A stretch of DNA of 63,059 nucleotides, counting the filler, from Perkinsus chesapeaki ATCC PRA-425 (taxonomy: Eukaryota > Protista > Perkinsozoa), in assembly GCA_013115145.1 (NCBI GenBank). It is 6 parts of 6 records of this genome, joined end to end, with 100 filler letters (N's around TTAATTAATTAA, not from the genome) between each part and the next. Parts side by side here need not be neighbours in the genome. Positions count along the whole stretch, not along the records: positions 35,892 to 47,446 come from JAAPAO010000844.1; positions 47,547 to 58,361 come from JAAPAO010000874.1; 4 more parts are not named here. The stretch is one strand, 5' to 3'. Both the position numbers and the translations under genes were made by a program. The notes beneath the pieces were generated by a model. That model was not told where the DNA came from, did no database searches, and was given only the letters and a program-made list of their open reading frames with translations. This document shows positions 38,230 to 50,159 of the stretch, piece by piece; the first letter of the stretch is position 1; each line of letters begins with the position of its first letter.

Positions 38230-40081
38230 TCAAATTCGGGATCTGCCAAATGAACCATGACGGCCGACTCTATTCTGCGAGAAGCTTCGCGCGCCGTCTC
38301 GTGTTTCACCACTCTTCATGGTCTCGAGGCCTCGTTCACATTCTAGCCGAAGAAGGCGCTCCTGATTTTCAAACCTAACGAGAATAAAAAATAGAAGTGC
38401 GTACTCCTGGTAGAGGAGCTCTGTTTGGTCCCGCTAGAATGTCTGAGCTCACCTGGCTGTTATTAATCCAAGTCGATCAGAGCGCATGCATCGTTGAGGG
38501 AACGCAGCTATGGTCTCGGCCAGCCTGCAGAGACGGGTGTCGCCCAACAACTCTCTCAAGAGCATCCGGCTGTCTATTTAATGCGGTCATTTATTCGAAG
38601 ACTCTAGCGAAGCTGGACAGCAATGCAGTATTATCACCACGCTCGAAGCTACAACTCCTACTTAGTGCCAATTGCTAATATAGGAGGCGCAAGACATGTC
38701 ACTTGGCACTGTCTTACTCAAAAATAGTAACGCCGCATTGTGATGCTTTGCAATTCCAGAGCTGGGAGCGAAAAAGGCCCTCGGAGAAGTTCGGAACGAG
38801 TTATCTCAGCCACCTGATCGCTTCCGGGAGGAGTTCTTCCTCTCGATCGACTGCTCGAGTAGCCAGACCCCAACGGAGGGCCTCTTTCGCATCTACAGTT
38901 CGTCCAGTTAGAAGCTGAGGAAAGCTGCAACTACAACGAAGGAGACCCCTACCATGTCCATAGCTCGGCTATACCCAATCACGCTTTGGAGGTTAATAGT
39001 ACCGCCATCGACAAGCGGCACACCAAACCTATTCGCAAGTGCAGCAAAGTAGGAAAGCGAGATAAGGCCGCACCTCCGGCAGTAGACACCGAACCTTGCC
39101 GAGGGGTCAATGATCCGAATATCGCACCACACAGCCAGTTCGAGCCCGCCAGCTACGGCATGGCCGGATATAGCAGCAACGACGGGCTTGGAGAGGACGA
39201 GCCGAGCGACTGAGAAGACAACGCATGTTGAGGTTCAATCGACCAGGAAGGGGCATCGATGTGCACTGCAAGCGGGTCGAAGCAGACAGCGAGTTCAGAT
39301 AGACTAAACTTCAATCTCAAGCCCTAACTCGAGCCACGGGAACCCCTGTAAATTGACATGGGCGAGTCTGACTAATGGCGAGACCTTATTCAGCTTCCAA
39401 GGCATTGCCGGCTAATTTGAACGACCCTTTGCAACAAGCACTACATGGCCCTTCAACACAGCATCATCTGCCTAAAGGGGTTACACAGAGGTCAGAGCAT
39501 ACGGACATGAGCTTCATGCTTACCGAATGCTCCAACTACTATTATGTTAAACTATTGTATGGGGCACACACCATGCCTCCTTAGGGTTCAATATTCACCA
39601 AGTAGACTTGATTTAAGACACTTAAAGAAACCGAAAAATAGGACTTTACATCCAAGTGGGGATTTGTCTCCGCTAAGATCGATATCCGGAGTAGAACGTC
39701 CAGTTGCCACAGACTTCAAGTCCGCACCGGCGCAGAAATCTTTACCTTGGCCGTATATAATCTGAGGAAGAATCAACCCAGATGCCTACTGCCCCACGGA
39801 ATTGAGCCCGGTGGTAAGTAGCCGACGAGTGAACCGATTAATTGGATTCCAGCCAGTTGTGGTGCGTAACGCCGAAAAGGAACGAAGCTTGACATTAGAC
39901 GAGACACCGTATCCGCTCTTACGGCAACTTTTAAATCCTCATCCGTATCAAAGTTCTTCAGCGCGCGATATAGAGCATCTGCCATTGGGCCATCTATGGC
40001 ATTTCTCACATGCGGCCGATTCAAAGCGATGAGCAATATCTCACTAGCTGAACCGGCAGTTGTAATTTCGATGGATGCCAT
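38230..40081 (-). CDS. Enoyl-CoA hydratase/isomerase (crotonase family), multi-exon, C-terminal SRI
   Basis: IALNRPHVRNAID, FCAGADLK, LSKPVVAAISGHAVAGGLELAVWCDIR, FGVYCRR|FGVPLVDGGT, RAMDM|LLTGRTVDAKEAL, IAAFPQRCMRSDR, GRHGSFGRSRI*. Confidence 0.92.
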
Positions 40082-40694
40082 TGAAAATATCGTATTAGAA
40101 GGGCAACCGTAAAATCTAGGAGCGGTACGAGGCCATTACTTCTACGATGGAAGTTACTTCCAGGAAGTAAGGATAAGACTTTATTCCGAGAGCATGCTCG
40201 CTAGAGAACGAACGGTAACACCGTTTGTGTATACGCTTCTGATAGACTGTTTCGGAAACCCAAGCAGTTCCATTTTCACGACTTGACGACAATCGCCCTA
40301 GCCGAGCTCATAAAGCAGACGGCTCATTTCCAGGGCGTGGACTGGCCTTGGGTCTACTCTACGAGCAAAGCGAACCTGTTTTTCGGCGCCACGAGTAAGT
40401 AACTGCTACACTTGCCAGAGGCGACAGAAGAACCACTGAATAGTTATATTGCGCGACATAAATTTAAGTGAGTGGATTCCCGGCGAATGTCATGCACATT
40501 GAATCCCAGGTACAATGGTACGAAGTTTATAATGTAGCAGCCATGTTGGAGTCTCTACTTTGCATTAACAAAATGCTGTCATTGCCACTTCGTGCGAGTC
40601 CGTTGAGGGAAGACGTATAGCACAAGTTATTGCAATTGTGTTCTCCAAGCGCTGACGCATTTATTTCTGGGCTTAACGATACACAATTGACCGA

Positions 40695-41766
40695 TCACGA
40701 AAAGTATCCCTTCACAAGCAAGGCTATAATGATAACTAGTAATAGAACAACCGAAGAAAAATGAGATGCCGTGTGTCGTGAGGGATCGCTGCCAGCAGCT
40801 ACCGAGGAGGCACCTGACAAACTGGCTGAGAAGACAATTTGATGAAAGATACCCAAATCACATGCTATAAGTACCAAGCCAGTTACTGTACCTGCATGAC
40901 TGTCGGATAAATAGGTTGATAACCGAACCGGGTTCGTCATCAAGTCCTGTGTTACTTGCCGTGCTCGATCGGCGAAAGTCACTCTGTCACGTCGATACCT
41001 GAGGAAGACGATGATCGGCTTGGGCACCGAAAGGCTTACAGTTCTAATGCCTCATTATTCAAGCCGTGCTCTGGATTGGCGTCGGTGAGTAGAGACAGCA
41101 CCGCAACGCAAACCTTTTCTATACCTAATCCGTCCCGATTTATAACAATGTTACAGTGACCTAGCTAGGGCTTCCTATAGAATAGGCGACTCGCGAATGG
41201 CGAGCGCCTTGCACGAAGCGGGGGTCGCTGATGCGTACGTACTCATTATAGGCGACCACATCTCTTGGTTCAATAGTATGTCCATGCAGACGCCACCAGT
41301 TTGTGGGCAGATATTCGGGTGGAACGGAATTGTAGTGAGTCCGAATCTCACACAGGGGGGCTTGAAAGGGTACTCATCACTTAGCGTAATAACCTTGAAC
41401 GGGAATCCTCAAGGTAGCCCGAAAAATCGTAGCCACGGTATAATTATAGAAGCTCTTCAAATGTGACCAAGCACTAACTCAAACTCACCAGTTTGAAAAT
41501 GCCGCCCACATAAGGACTGTCATCTGAAAAGGTAGAAGCGATTACGCCAACGCAGCCTTGGCAACGCTAGACTCAATGAAGGGGTTAGTCTCGAAGAATC
41601 TCGTGTTAAAATGGCACATGGCAGGGATTACGGTACACTCACCAGGGCCATGAAATGTGACCACGATTGTTCGCTCATCCACGAGTTTTGCTTCGTGGAT
41701 TTCTCCTTTGTCTGCAAGTATGTTGAGTTGACTGATTTCTCTTGCTACTCGGCTGCGATTGACCAT
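40695..41766 (-). CDS. Ubiquitin-conjugating enzyme E2 with a C-terminal hydrophobic anchor, multi-exon
   Basis: [14 protein letters not shown]...HGP|[12 protein letters not shown]|[30 protein letters not shown] (catalytic Cys 41286-41288)..WSPIM|[26 protein letters not shown]|YRRDR..|..[21 protein letters not shown]. Confidence 0.88.
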
Positions 41767-42299
41767 CGGAAAGGCAAGACTGCCGCGCCCTTCCTAGCAA
41801 AACACGACAGCTGAATGAACATTGAGACACCATACGAATTGTGATCATGACAGAGAGTCGGGAGAGTGAGGCTCCCGTGGTTGGTTTCGCCAGTCATGTA
41901 CGTTATCACCTAAGAGCGAATTAGTGCTCAAGCGGAGCGATATGCATTATACAAGTGAAAACCCAGTAAGTCCGAGATATCTGACGTCCCTCGCAGGATT
42001 CCAAACATCAGAGTCGGCTTCCGGGTTGAGGCAACTTCGAAGTACTGGCAGTCTCTTAAGCAAACTATCTATCATTCAGGATATGAATTTCAGATTATGC
42101 TTTCAGAGATTAAACACACATCTCCTTACAGTGAATTATTCACTGTGAATATAAGTTACGAGTTTCTATTATAACCCCTACCGTGTACGGCATAATAGAA
42201 GGATATCTGCTCACATCCCGAGAATGGTTGTGCGAGTGCGAGTAGGTATCGCACTTGGCTATAGGTATTAGGTGTTGCACGGATTTCGCGCGCCCTGGC

Positions 42300-45050
42300 G
42301 TGACGCGAAATACCTCGCGAATTGAGTCACAGTGAGGGTGGCTCGAATCTCCCTCAGGGTGGCTCGGAATGAGATGCGCTATCTCCGAGAGACTACTATA
42401 TAATCCTATGCCAAATGTTAAGGCCGGTCCTCATGCTCTGGACCTTCCTGGCATAGCGGACAAACGAGGAATCTCAAAGAATCCAAACCCGACGGTTGGA
42501 GATGATTATTAAAAGCGCATGTGAATCATTTCACATTCTAGTATTCTGAAAATCGACCAAGTAAGTGGGTCCCATCTAAAACAAGCCCCACTGGCATACC
42601 TCTGTTGACGGCAGCACGTCCATGATGGTGTGGGGTGTCCTCCGATATCCTCAAGAGTATCTCCTCTTCGACACGCCTCCAGCCCTCGCGCGATACATAC
42701 CCAGGATGTAGTGGATCTATCATGCGAGTACATGCACGAATAAATTCTATACCCTACCTTGCGCAGCTCCGATGGCGGTCCATACCATTGATTCGGCCTG
42801 GTGTGTTGCATCACGAGGAGGTGATCGGCCTTGACGACCTCCAGCCTCGTTGTCAGGGAAAAGCGAACGGACAGCAGTGTGAAGTGTCTAGGTGAAGCAC
42901 AGACTAATTGCCCTAAAAAGGTGACTGACCGAGACAGGCAGACCGCGAGCTCCGCCTCCTCTGTTCTTGACTAATTCTGTGAAGGCTCCATCCCAGCTGC
43001 CGTAGCGTCCGATAATTCTGAGCAGCAGTACCTTCTCGTATTGCGGTGGTCAAAGCCAACACCGAGCTCGTTTGGTCACCTTGTTGAACCGTTTAGTAAA
43101 GCTTTAAAGCCCGCTCCACTTGAACGGGCTTCAGAGCTTTGCAAGCAGTATTAATATGATTCAATCAACTAGTAAGCATACTTGATGTCTAGACAGGTTT
43201 TCAAGTTTTTTGCACTCACCTTCCGCGAATTTGCCGCAGCCGTGATCGTACAGGGCTCTGCACTTGCTTTATCGGTGGTACACGGTCTCTTTCTACTGAT
43301 CGTTCTGGCTTAGGGCTTGCATAAGGCGGACTAGGCCCCCGATGGTGCGGCGGACTTCTCCTTCTATCTGGTGTCGATGGTGTTTCAACTCGGTGCTGTG
43401 ATGTTTGCAAAACTGGTAGTGCCTGCCATGTTAACCCATGTCGGAAGCGAATCATATGAACCCGATGCCGAGGCATATTACCCCAAACCGCCCACCATCT
43501 TCTGAGAGAGATCTTCTCATCCCTGATGGTTTAGGGCTCTCAGATCTTAGACTGAGTGACTATCCCGCGCGTGAATTAGGTAAATAATCATACTTTTGCA
43601 ACGGTCTAGTAGAATTTGGCACCGAATTGCTCTGGGCGGTAGTCCAGGTCCACTTCCCCGCTGGGCTCACAGGTTGCGATAGTGGCTGATACGCGACTAT
43701 CATGAGAGGCTTCGTTCCTTGCGCATTACAGCCGCGAGTCCCGCTCCCTGTAGCTGGGATCTCCTCCATCCTAGTTCATTCCGTAGCTCACTAGAGGAAA
43801 AACTTGCAAGAGCTGTTCTAGATTTGTCATCTTCTGGACGCGGTGGTTTTCCCGGATCTGCATGATTGGCTGCTCCTCGAAACCAGAGCTTCGAAAGTTC
43901 AGTGAATTTTGATTTGGGTTTTGGACTTACTGGACTTAGTTCAGTACTAGTATTACTGTACTACGGCTCCCCCGCTCTAGTTGATATACATGGTTATTGG
44001 GCGGCAAGATTGCGGATAATCGCACATTTCGAAATGTAAATTCGTCCCCTCAATGAGAGGTCCTCTTCGATTCAATATTGCAAGGCAGACTGTTCGATCA
44101 GCGTTGAAGAACAGTGGGCTCGTCAAACACTCAAAAACCAGCGCCTGGTCATCCTGTGAGTACTTGCAACGTCTTACTCTCGTTGGAGCGGTGAAGTGAT
44201 TGTGAGATTGGTGTCTCCAACCTCTTCAATAGATCCAGTCCTGACCGTACCGGTGTCTGCATTGTGACAACATCCCGGTTCCGAGGGTCGTTGACTAAAA
44301 GAAGTCAAGAGGAGAGAATGCTGCGGTATATTTACGTCCTCACATTTTGATGACTGCCTTGGCAGATTGAGCTCTAACTGCTCTAGTCTGGCAAGGACCT
44401 TCTTGCGCTTGTCGATCTGAAGACCAAACGAGCTAGTACTATACTCTCAAGCTACTTATGCTCTGGAGTTGTAAAGCGTTTGATATGACAGAAACTGGCC
44501 TATCAGTCTGCTGTCTCAGTAGCAACAGCTTAGACCCCAGGCTGACCTCGATATCTCCTAGGATCCACTCAACCACAATACTCAGATACCGCGCGGATTC
44601 AATTGACGTTCTACATCAGCAAGACGTCTGCACATCACTGACAATCTACAAACCCACTTGAGCTCCTTTCCCTTCCCCTGCTTATCATTATCGTCTCCAG
44701 CAAAACCAGCATGACTTTGCCGTCTGCATGATTCTAGCTCGCTTAGTAGAGCAACATAGGTTCTCTAAAAACGAGCTTCAAAAGAGCAGGAAGGCCAGTT
44801 AAGGCCACCTGCAGCTTTGCAAGATCGGTCTCGGCGATTATTCTTTTAGCTCGCTCTTCCTCACATAGCATACAGTCGCGGCGAGAGGCTGGCATACCGT
44901 AGGACACCAAACAGGAACTACTGCACAACCAGCTCATGAACGGAATTATGCCTGGAGTTCTCACTGAGAACTTCTCAGATATCCGTAATTGCTCATTGTA
45001 AGCCCAAGAAGTGTGCGGTAAAGATCATAGTTATGGGAGAACGCGTAGAT
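42300..45050 (-). pseudogene. Heavily degraded coding-like sequence, possibly a gag-like retroelement remnant
   Basis: Short protein-like frames broken by many stops and frameshifts (Pro/Arg-rich stretch, Cys/His-containing segments). No RT or integrase motif found. Confidence 0.3.
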
Positions 45051-45705
45051 AAGCGCCTAGCCACCTCCCACCGGCGACCCGTGATGGTCTCACTCAACGG
45101 TGCGCCGTGACGTCGCTGCGCCAGGCCGTGCAGGCGCGTCTGGCAGGGTGGTGACCTGGTCCCACCCCCAAATTATAAATTATAACACCAAATGCAAGGC
45201 AAATTTAGGCAAATTACAACAGTACCCGCTGGTATGACCACCCAACCTAGATATGGGATACCCCAATAGCCCCGAGTGATAGGATATGTGACATATCATA
45301 TGTCAGAGATATAATGTCACAATTCATGTGTATGGAAGAAAATGGTGCGCCACGGCAAGGGTGACTCAGTGAGTTACCCTTACCTTACCTCAGTCAGACT
45401 CGCCCTGAGTGAGTCGGACCTCTATAAGAGAACCGGACTAAAGTTATTGAATAGGGGGCTTTTGGCACTCCTCCCCCAAATTCTACGCAAACCCCCTAGA
45501 TTTTCAGGTGCTAGAAACGTTTTTGGTCGATGTCACCAAGAGACGAATAATATTTGACACATAGTGACAGTCACGGCGACTGTCACCATTGGTGACAGTC
45601 ATCTAATCCACTCCTGAACAACTATAAATAATGGTGGCTCCTCGGAAGGATTCTCTTCCTTACGGAATGCGACCTCCATCTCAGGTTTATCTTTTATTGC
45701 CTACT

Positions 45706-47034
45706 ATGCGTCTCGTCTCTGCCTTCCTACTCGCCTGCCAGGCAGCTTCTCAAGATGTCCGTGGAGAGCGAACCATTGCTTCTATCCTCTCTGGTGGCTC
45801 GGTGGTTGACGTCAATACTATTCCGGACCTTCTCTCTCAAGCTGGTGTTAAAGAGGACCTAAGGATCACCTCCTTCCTCTCTTCATCCCGCATCAAGACG
45901 CTGAAATTCGCTCAAGCTCAAATTGTACCGACATCGACTGGTTCTGTGAGCAATGCTGACCTCTGCGCTTACCTACATGAGGCTGAACGACATTTACCAG
46001 ACCTGGTTGTCACCTGCGGGAAGGATATCAACGGCGAAATGACCCAACTTGATGACAATCTGCATGTTAATGACCCGAATGCAAAGTTCCAGACACAATT
46101 AGACCGTATGAGAATGGGAGACGTCTGGGGGCTTATTCAGCAATATCCGAGGAAAAATGTCACAGTGGCCGTCATCGATGAAGGAGTTGACTTTACTGAT
46201 CCGGACATGGCACCGCTGAAGAGCACATTTACTACTAGTGATGGTAGAGTTATTGACGGCGGGTGGAACTTTATTATTGACAACTCGACTCTCACTGTCA
46301 CAGGCTATCATGGTCAGCACGTTAGCCGTATACTTGCCGCTCGAGGCAATAATTCTGTCGGCATGGTTGGAGTCGCTCCGGACCACATCCGTTTGTTATC
46401 TCTACAAATTTCTGGTTCATTGGCTCAGTTCATGGAGGCACTTGATATGGCAATAGACATCGGCGTTGACGTAATCTCTATGTCCCTGAGGTATTTTTTG
46501 GACCAGCACTCACTCGCTCAAAGGGACCTTCTCCATCGCGTATTGAGGAAAGCTCAGGAGCGTAACATTCTGCTGGTTTCTGCGGCTGGGAATGAAAATA
46601 AAGTTGCCGACGACTGCTATCCATGTTGGTTTGGTGGACCCAAGGCTATGTGCGTTGCCTCTCTCAACAATCGTGTGAACTACGACTTCGATAGATCCTC
46701 AAATTTCGGCGACCGTGTGGATATCGCTGCCTTCGGAGTGCGTATCTACGTTGGAACTGGAAGCTATGGTCAACATCAATGGGGCTCGGGCACTTCTTTC
46801 GCCACTCCTATGGTAAGTGGAGGTGCTGCCATACTCCTATCTTTAGGGGTTGAGCCGTCCATGGTCAAACGCATACTTCTCGCTGGTGCTGATCGCTTCC
46901 AAGTTGCTGGTAAATACCTGAGTCCAAGCGGTGGTGCTTTGAATATTCTATCATCCGTCAGAAGGGCCATTAGTATGTATAACCTTACCTCTTCTGCAAG
47001 CCGAGTGAATCTCCGCTACAATTCGCAGCTTTAA
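45706..47034 (+). CDS. Subtilisin-like S8 serine protease with signal peptide and pro-region, intronless
   Basis: Leader MRLVSAFLLACQAAS (ATG at 45706), VNDP, VAVIDEG, YHGQHVSRIL, SAAGN, GTSFATPMVSG. Confidence 0.92.
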   Translation: MRLVSAFLLACQAASQDVRGERTIASILSGGSVVDVNTIPDLLSQAGVKEDLRITSFLSSSRIKTLKFAQAQIVPTSTGSVSNADLCAYLHEAERHLPDLVVTCGKDINGEMTQLDDNLHVNDPNAKFQTQLDRMRMGDVWGLIQQYPRKNVTVAVIDEGVDFTDPDMAPLKSTFTTSDGRVIDGGWNFIIDNSTLTVTGYHGQHVSRILAARGNNSVGMVGVAPDHIRLLSLQISGSLAQFMEALDMAIDIGVDVISMSLRYFLDQHSLAQRDLLHRVLRKAQERNILLVSAAGNENKVADDCYPCWFGGPKAMCVASLNNRVNYDFDRSSNFGDRVDIAAFGVRIYVGTGSYGQHQWGSGTSFATPMVSGGAAILLSLGVEPSMVKRILLAGADRFQVAGKYLSPSGGALNILSSVRRAISMYNLTSSASRVNLRYNSQL

Positions 47035-47446
47035 TGCTGCACCATTTTTTATCTATTCTCCGGAGCCTCGTACCCTGGTTCTATCTCCTTCCTGCATCAT
47101 CGCAGGTTTTTATGTAGTAGGCTTATTCCGCCTACTCGCGTCACCGTTCTCGAAACAGTGTTGCCAGGCAGTATTCGCTTTACTGAGGAGCATCTCCATT
47201 GGCTGTTAAAGAGTTGCGTTCTATCTGTATACAAGTTAGGGCTATGATACATAGCTATGACTTTATAGATCTGAAACAAACGGGTGGGGTAAACTCAACG
47301 AGTCGAACAAATTTGACGGGAACCGTTTCGGCTCTCCCTTAAGAATGAGGATTGTCTCTGAAATTCTATCCGCTCTGCAGTGTGCCGCATGCCGCGCCGG
47401 TAATGCGCGTCCTCCGACTTATTGGAAGTGCCCCCCACTAGAGCCA

Positions 47447-47546
47447 NNNNNNNNNNNNNNNNNNNNNNNNNNNNNNNNNNNNNNNNNNNNTTAATTAATT
47501 AANNNNNNNNNNNNNNNNNNNNNNNNNNNNNNNNNNNNNNNNNNNN
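47447..47546. other. Artificial contig linker
   Basis: N44-TTAATTAATTAA-N44. Confidence 0.99.
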
Positions 47547-48672
47547 GGGTGTAACAGTGTCCTCGCGGCAACCGTATTCGTGCCAACCCTCCTCCCAGTC
47601 CCCCGCATCTACGGTTTTAATAGGAGTGTCATGAGTCATGACTCATAAGTAGTGCTACATCATATCACATCAGAGCCACTGAGCAGGCAAGAAAACCGAG
47701 CGGCCTATGTGCTATCTGCTTTCATGCTCCACGTGGGCCATGCTCTATTTCGACCAGCTTTCTAAAGCAGCGGTGATCCTTTCCGCCTCGGCCATAGTTC
47801 TTCACCGGCTGCAAAACCCTTAACACCCCCCTCGATTATTCTTATAGTTGGGCGAGCTGTTTTTATGGGTTTGGTTCCTCCATGTGTTGTGTATTCCACG
47901 CGCCACTGGGACACTGTGAAAGTGTGGGAGGCCCCAGAACTCAGCATTGTTGGGTCAGCAACCTAGACTATCTAGCACTCAATAATATTTTGCACTAAAT
48001 AACGCTCCCTTAGGGTTCCTGATCTAGCTACTCGGAAATTACTGTGGGCCGTCTTATTCGGACAAAACGTTGTTTCACTCGGGCTGCAGGGTGGAGCAGC
48101 TCCATACAGCAGGCACTTCTAGCAAGTCAGAGTCATTCTGACTGGGAAAAAGTGGCTTGTTAACTAAAGACTTGACTGGAGTGCATCCCGACCAGAATCT
48201 GGGCTACAGATGAAGGGCTCAAAACCGAATCGTCTTGAAGTGAGATTCATATCTGTCAGAACCGGCTTAAAACATCCCAGAATACTTCAGCAACAGCGTC
48301 ATTGCCATTTATACGGTGATGCTACACATCGCGTTTTCCAGCCTCCAAAGATGTTTCGGCCGTATAATAGCGGATTCATGCATGACCGAATGGTGCCCAG
48401 GGCTACATGTTCGCATGATTCCCACGTGGCTAGAGGATGTGCTTCTCCGAACTCAATGTAACACAAGCAAATCGTGTATAGTGAGCAGGAAATATTTGCC
48501 AGCAGAAATGAATGCGTCACTGCGACGGCTGACGAGACTCCTGCATAGACTGTAGATAACCTTGGAGTTAAACTCTTTCATATCCGACTTAGTCAAGTCC
48601 ACTAGCATAAAAATTCATGAGGGACACGGCTGAGGCTGAGCTATGCTTCCCCACCACCAAGTGATATCCCAA

Positions 48673-49118
48673 TCACGGAATCAAGTGAAGCTGTACAGTC
48701 GGACCTCCTGCTCCCCTCATGTAATAAGTCTTACACTTGCTTCCTTGATACATATTTAGGTAGCTACCAGTGGCCATATTGCCATATCGCAGCAGTTTCG
48801 AGAAACAGTGCTCGTCGAGGTCAATGCAGTTATTACATGAGTATTGAGTCGAGTAGAAACTAAACTCACAATCTCGAGTCGAGACTCTCGACAAGTGAGT
48901 GACACTCCATTAACCTGGGTAAAAGTGAGGTCCGGAGTGAAGTAGTCGTCATCCTGATATTTTACAGCCGCTGTTTAATCGATTTCATACAAGGACCCAT
49001 TGTAGCCGCCATCACGATACACGCAGTCGCAACCTGCCAGATAACTGGCCTCAAGCAATGCAGTAGTAACCCGAGTAAACAGCCAAAGGGGCGACTTGAT
49101 ATTTTCGACAGCAGCCAT
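48673..49118 (-). pseudogene. Pseudogene paralogue of the secreted Cys-rich protein at 57802-58236
   Basis: MAAVENIK..LAGCDC..EID*TAAVKYQDDDYFTPDLTFTQVNGVSLTCR[+14 bp]DCEFSF..CNNC..LLRYGN..SY..MY..CKTYYM..PTVQL. It has one premature stop (48975-48977) and a 14-bp frameshifting insertion. Confidence 0.75.
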
Positions 49119-50159
49119 TGTGATTCTAGTAAAGGAAATAAGGAGCGTAGAATAACCCTGAAATAGTGCATTAATCATGATTGGTGTTGCCAGTGCCATC
49201 GTTGCATCCTCACCGGAAGGACCTTCCGTGACGTAAGAGCCCTTGCATATGCAAAAGAAACTGGTGACCTGTGCGAGATCATTTCGGCGACTGCAGCTCC
49301 CGATTTGTGTAACTCGCAGTTGCTGCCTTCAATTTTGTGACTTTTGCATTAATATGCGCCACCCTGTTGAGCTGGAGGAGCTGAGCGTTAGTCCATTTCG
49401 CAATTAATTCAGCCAAGCCTGTAGCTATTGAGCTAGTCACCCGAGGGTGAGTCGGAGAATTGTTATACAGCTATGTAGATACTTACACCTTGCTCTTACC
49501 ATGAAGTGTTATACGAAAGTCTCTTTCATGAAATCCAAGTGGACTGGTAATATGCTAATAGTGCTGTCTCCCTCCATGCACCACGTGTATCATATACCAA
49601 ATTGCCCGCCTCTGCTACTGGCGATAACCTCCTGAGATTCATTTTGATTTTTTTGCACATCCCTCATTCTTGAACGTATAATAATTGTTCAGCCTTGATT
49701 ATAACTCTATACAAGACTAAGTACTGGGAGGATTCTGTTCCTCCATGTGTCCTATGCGTCACGCGTCACTGTGGGCCACAGCCTGTGGCGGCGGTCCCAA
49801 CCTCAGGAGCGTAGTCGACCAACAACCAATCAAACCGATTTACACTGCTGGGTTAGGAGTCCTAACCTTCGCATTGAATTTCGGAAGATACGTGACACAG
49901 ATAAACGATCACATTTTTGCACTACACCTTTTTAACATCAAGTTCGCACTTAGGAACATCAATTTCGTCTCAACGGGCGAATTTGAGCGCACGAATCTGA
50001 AACGGGAAGATTCACTTCGCCGTTAGGATTTTCAATTTCGCCATAGTTTTGCTTTGTTCTATGGGCTTGCCCTCTAAGACAAACAATAAAGATAAAGCCT
50101 TGCGCCAGTCCGATAAGGACTATAGACTAACTAATAAGACTAAGGGGATAGCTGCTGCT

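Noticed and set aside
45161-45190. CCA-ending motifs that could be a PBS for the decayed minus-strand element
   Set aside because: I could not match them to a tRNA 3' end, and no second LTR is present.
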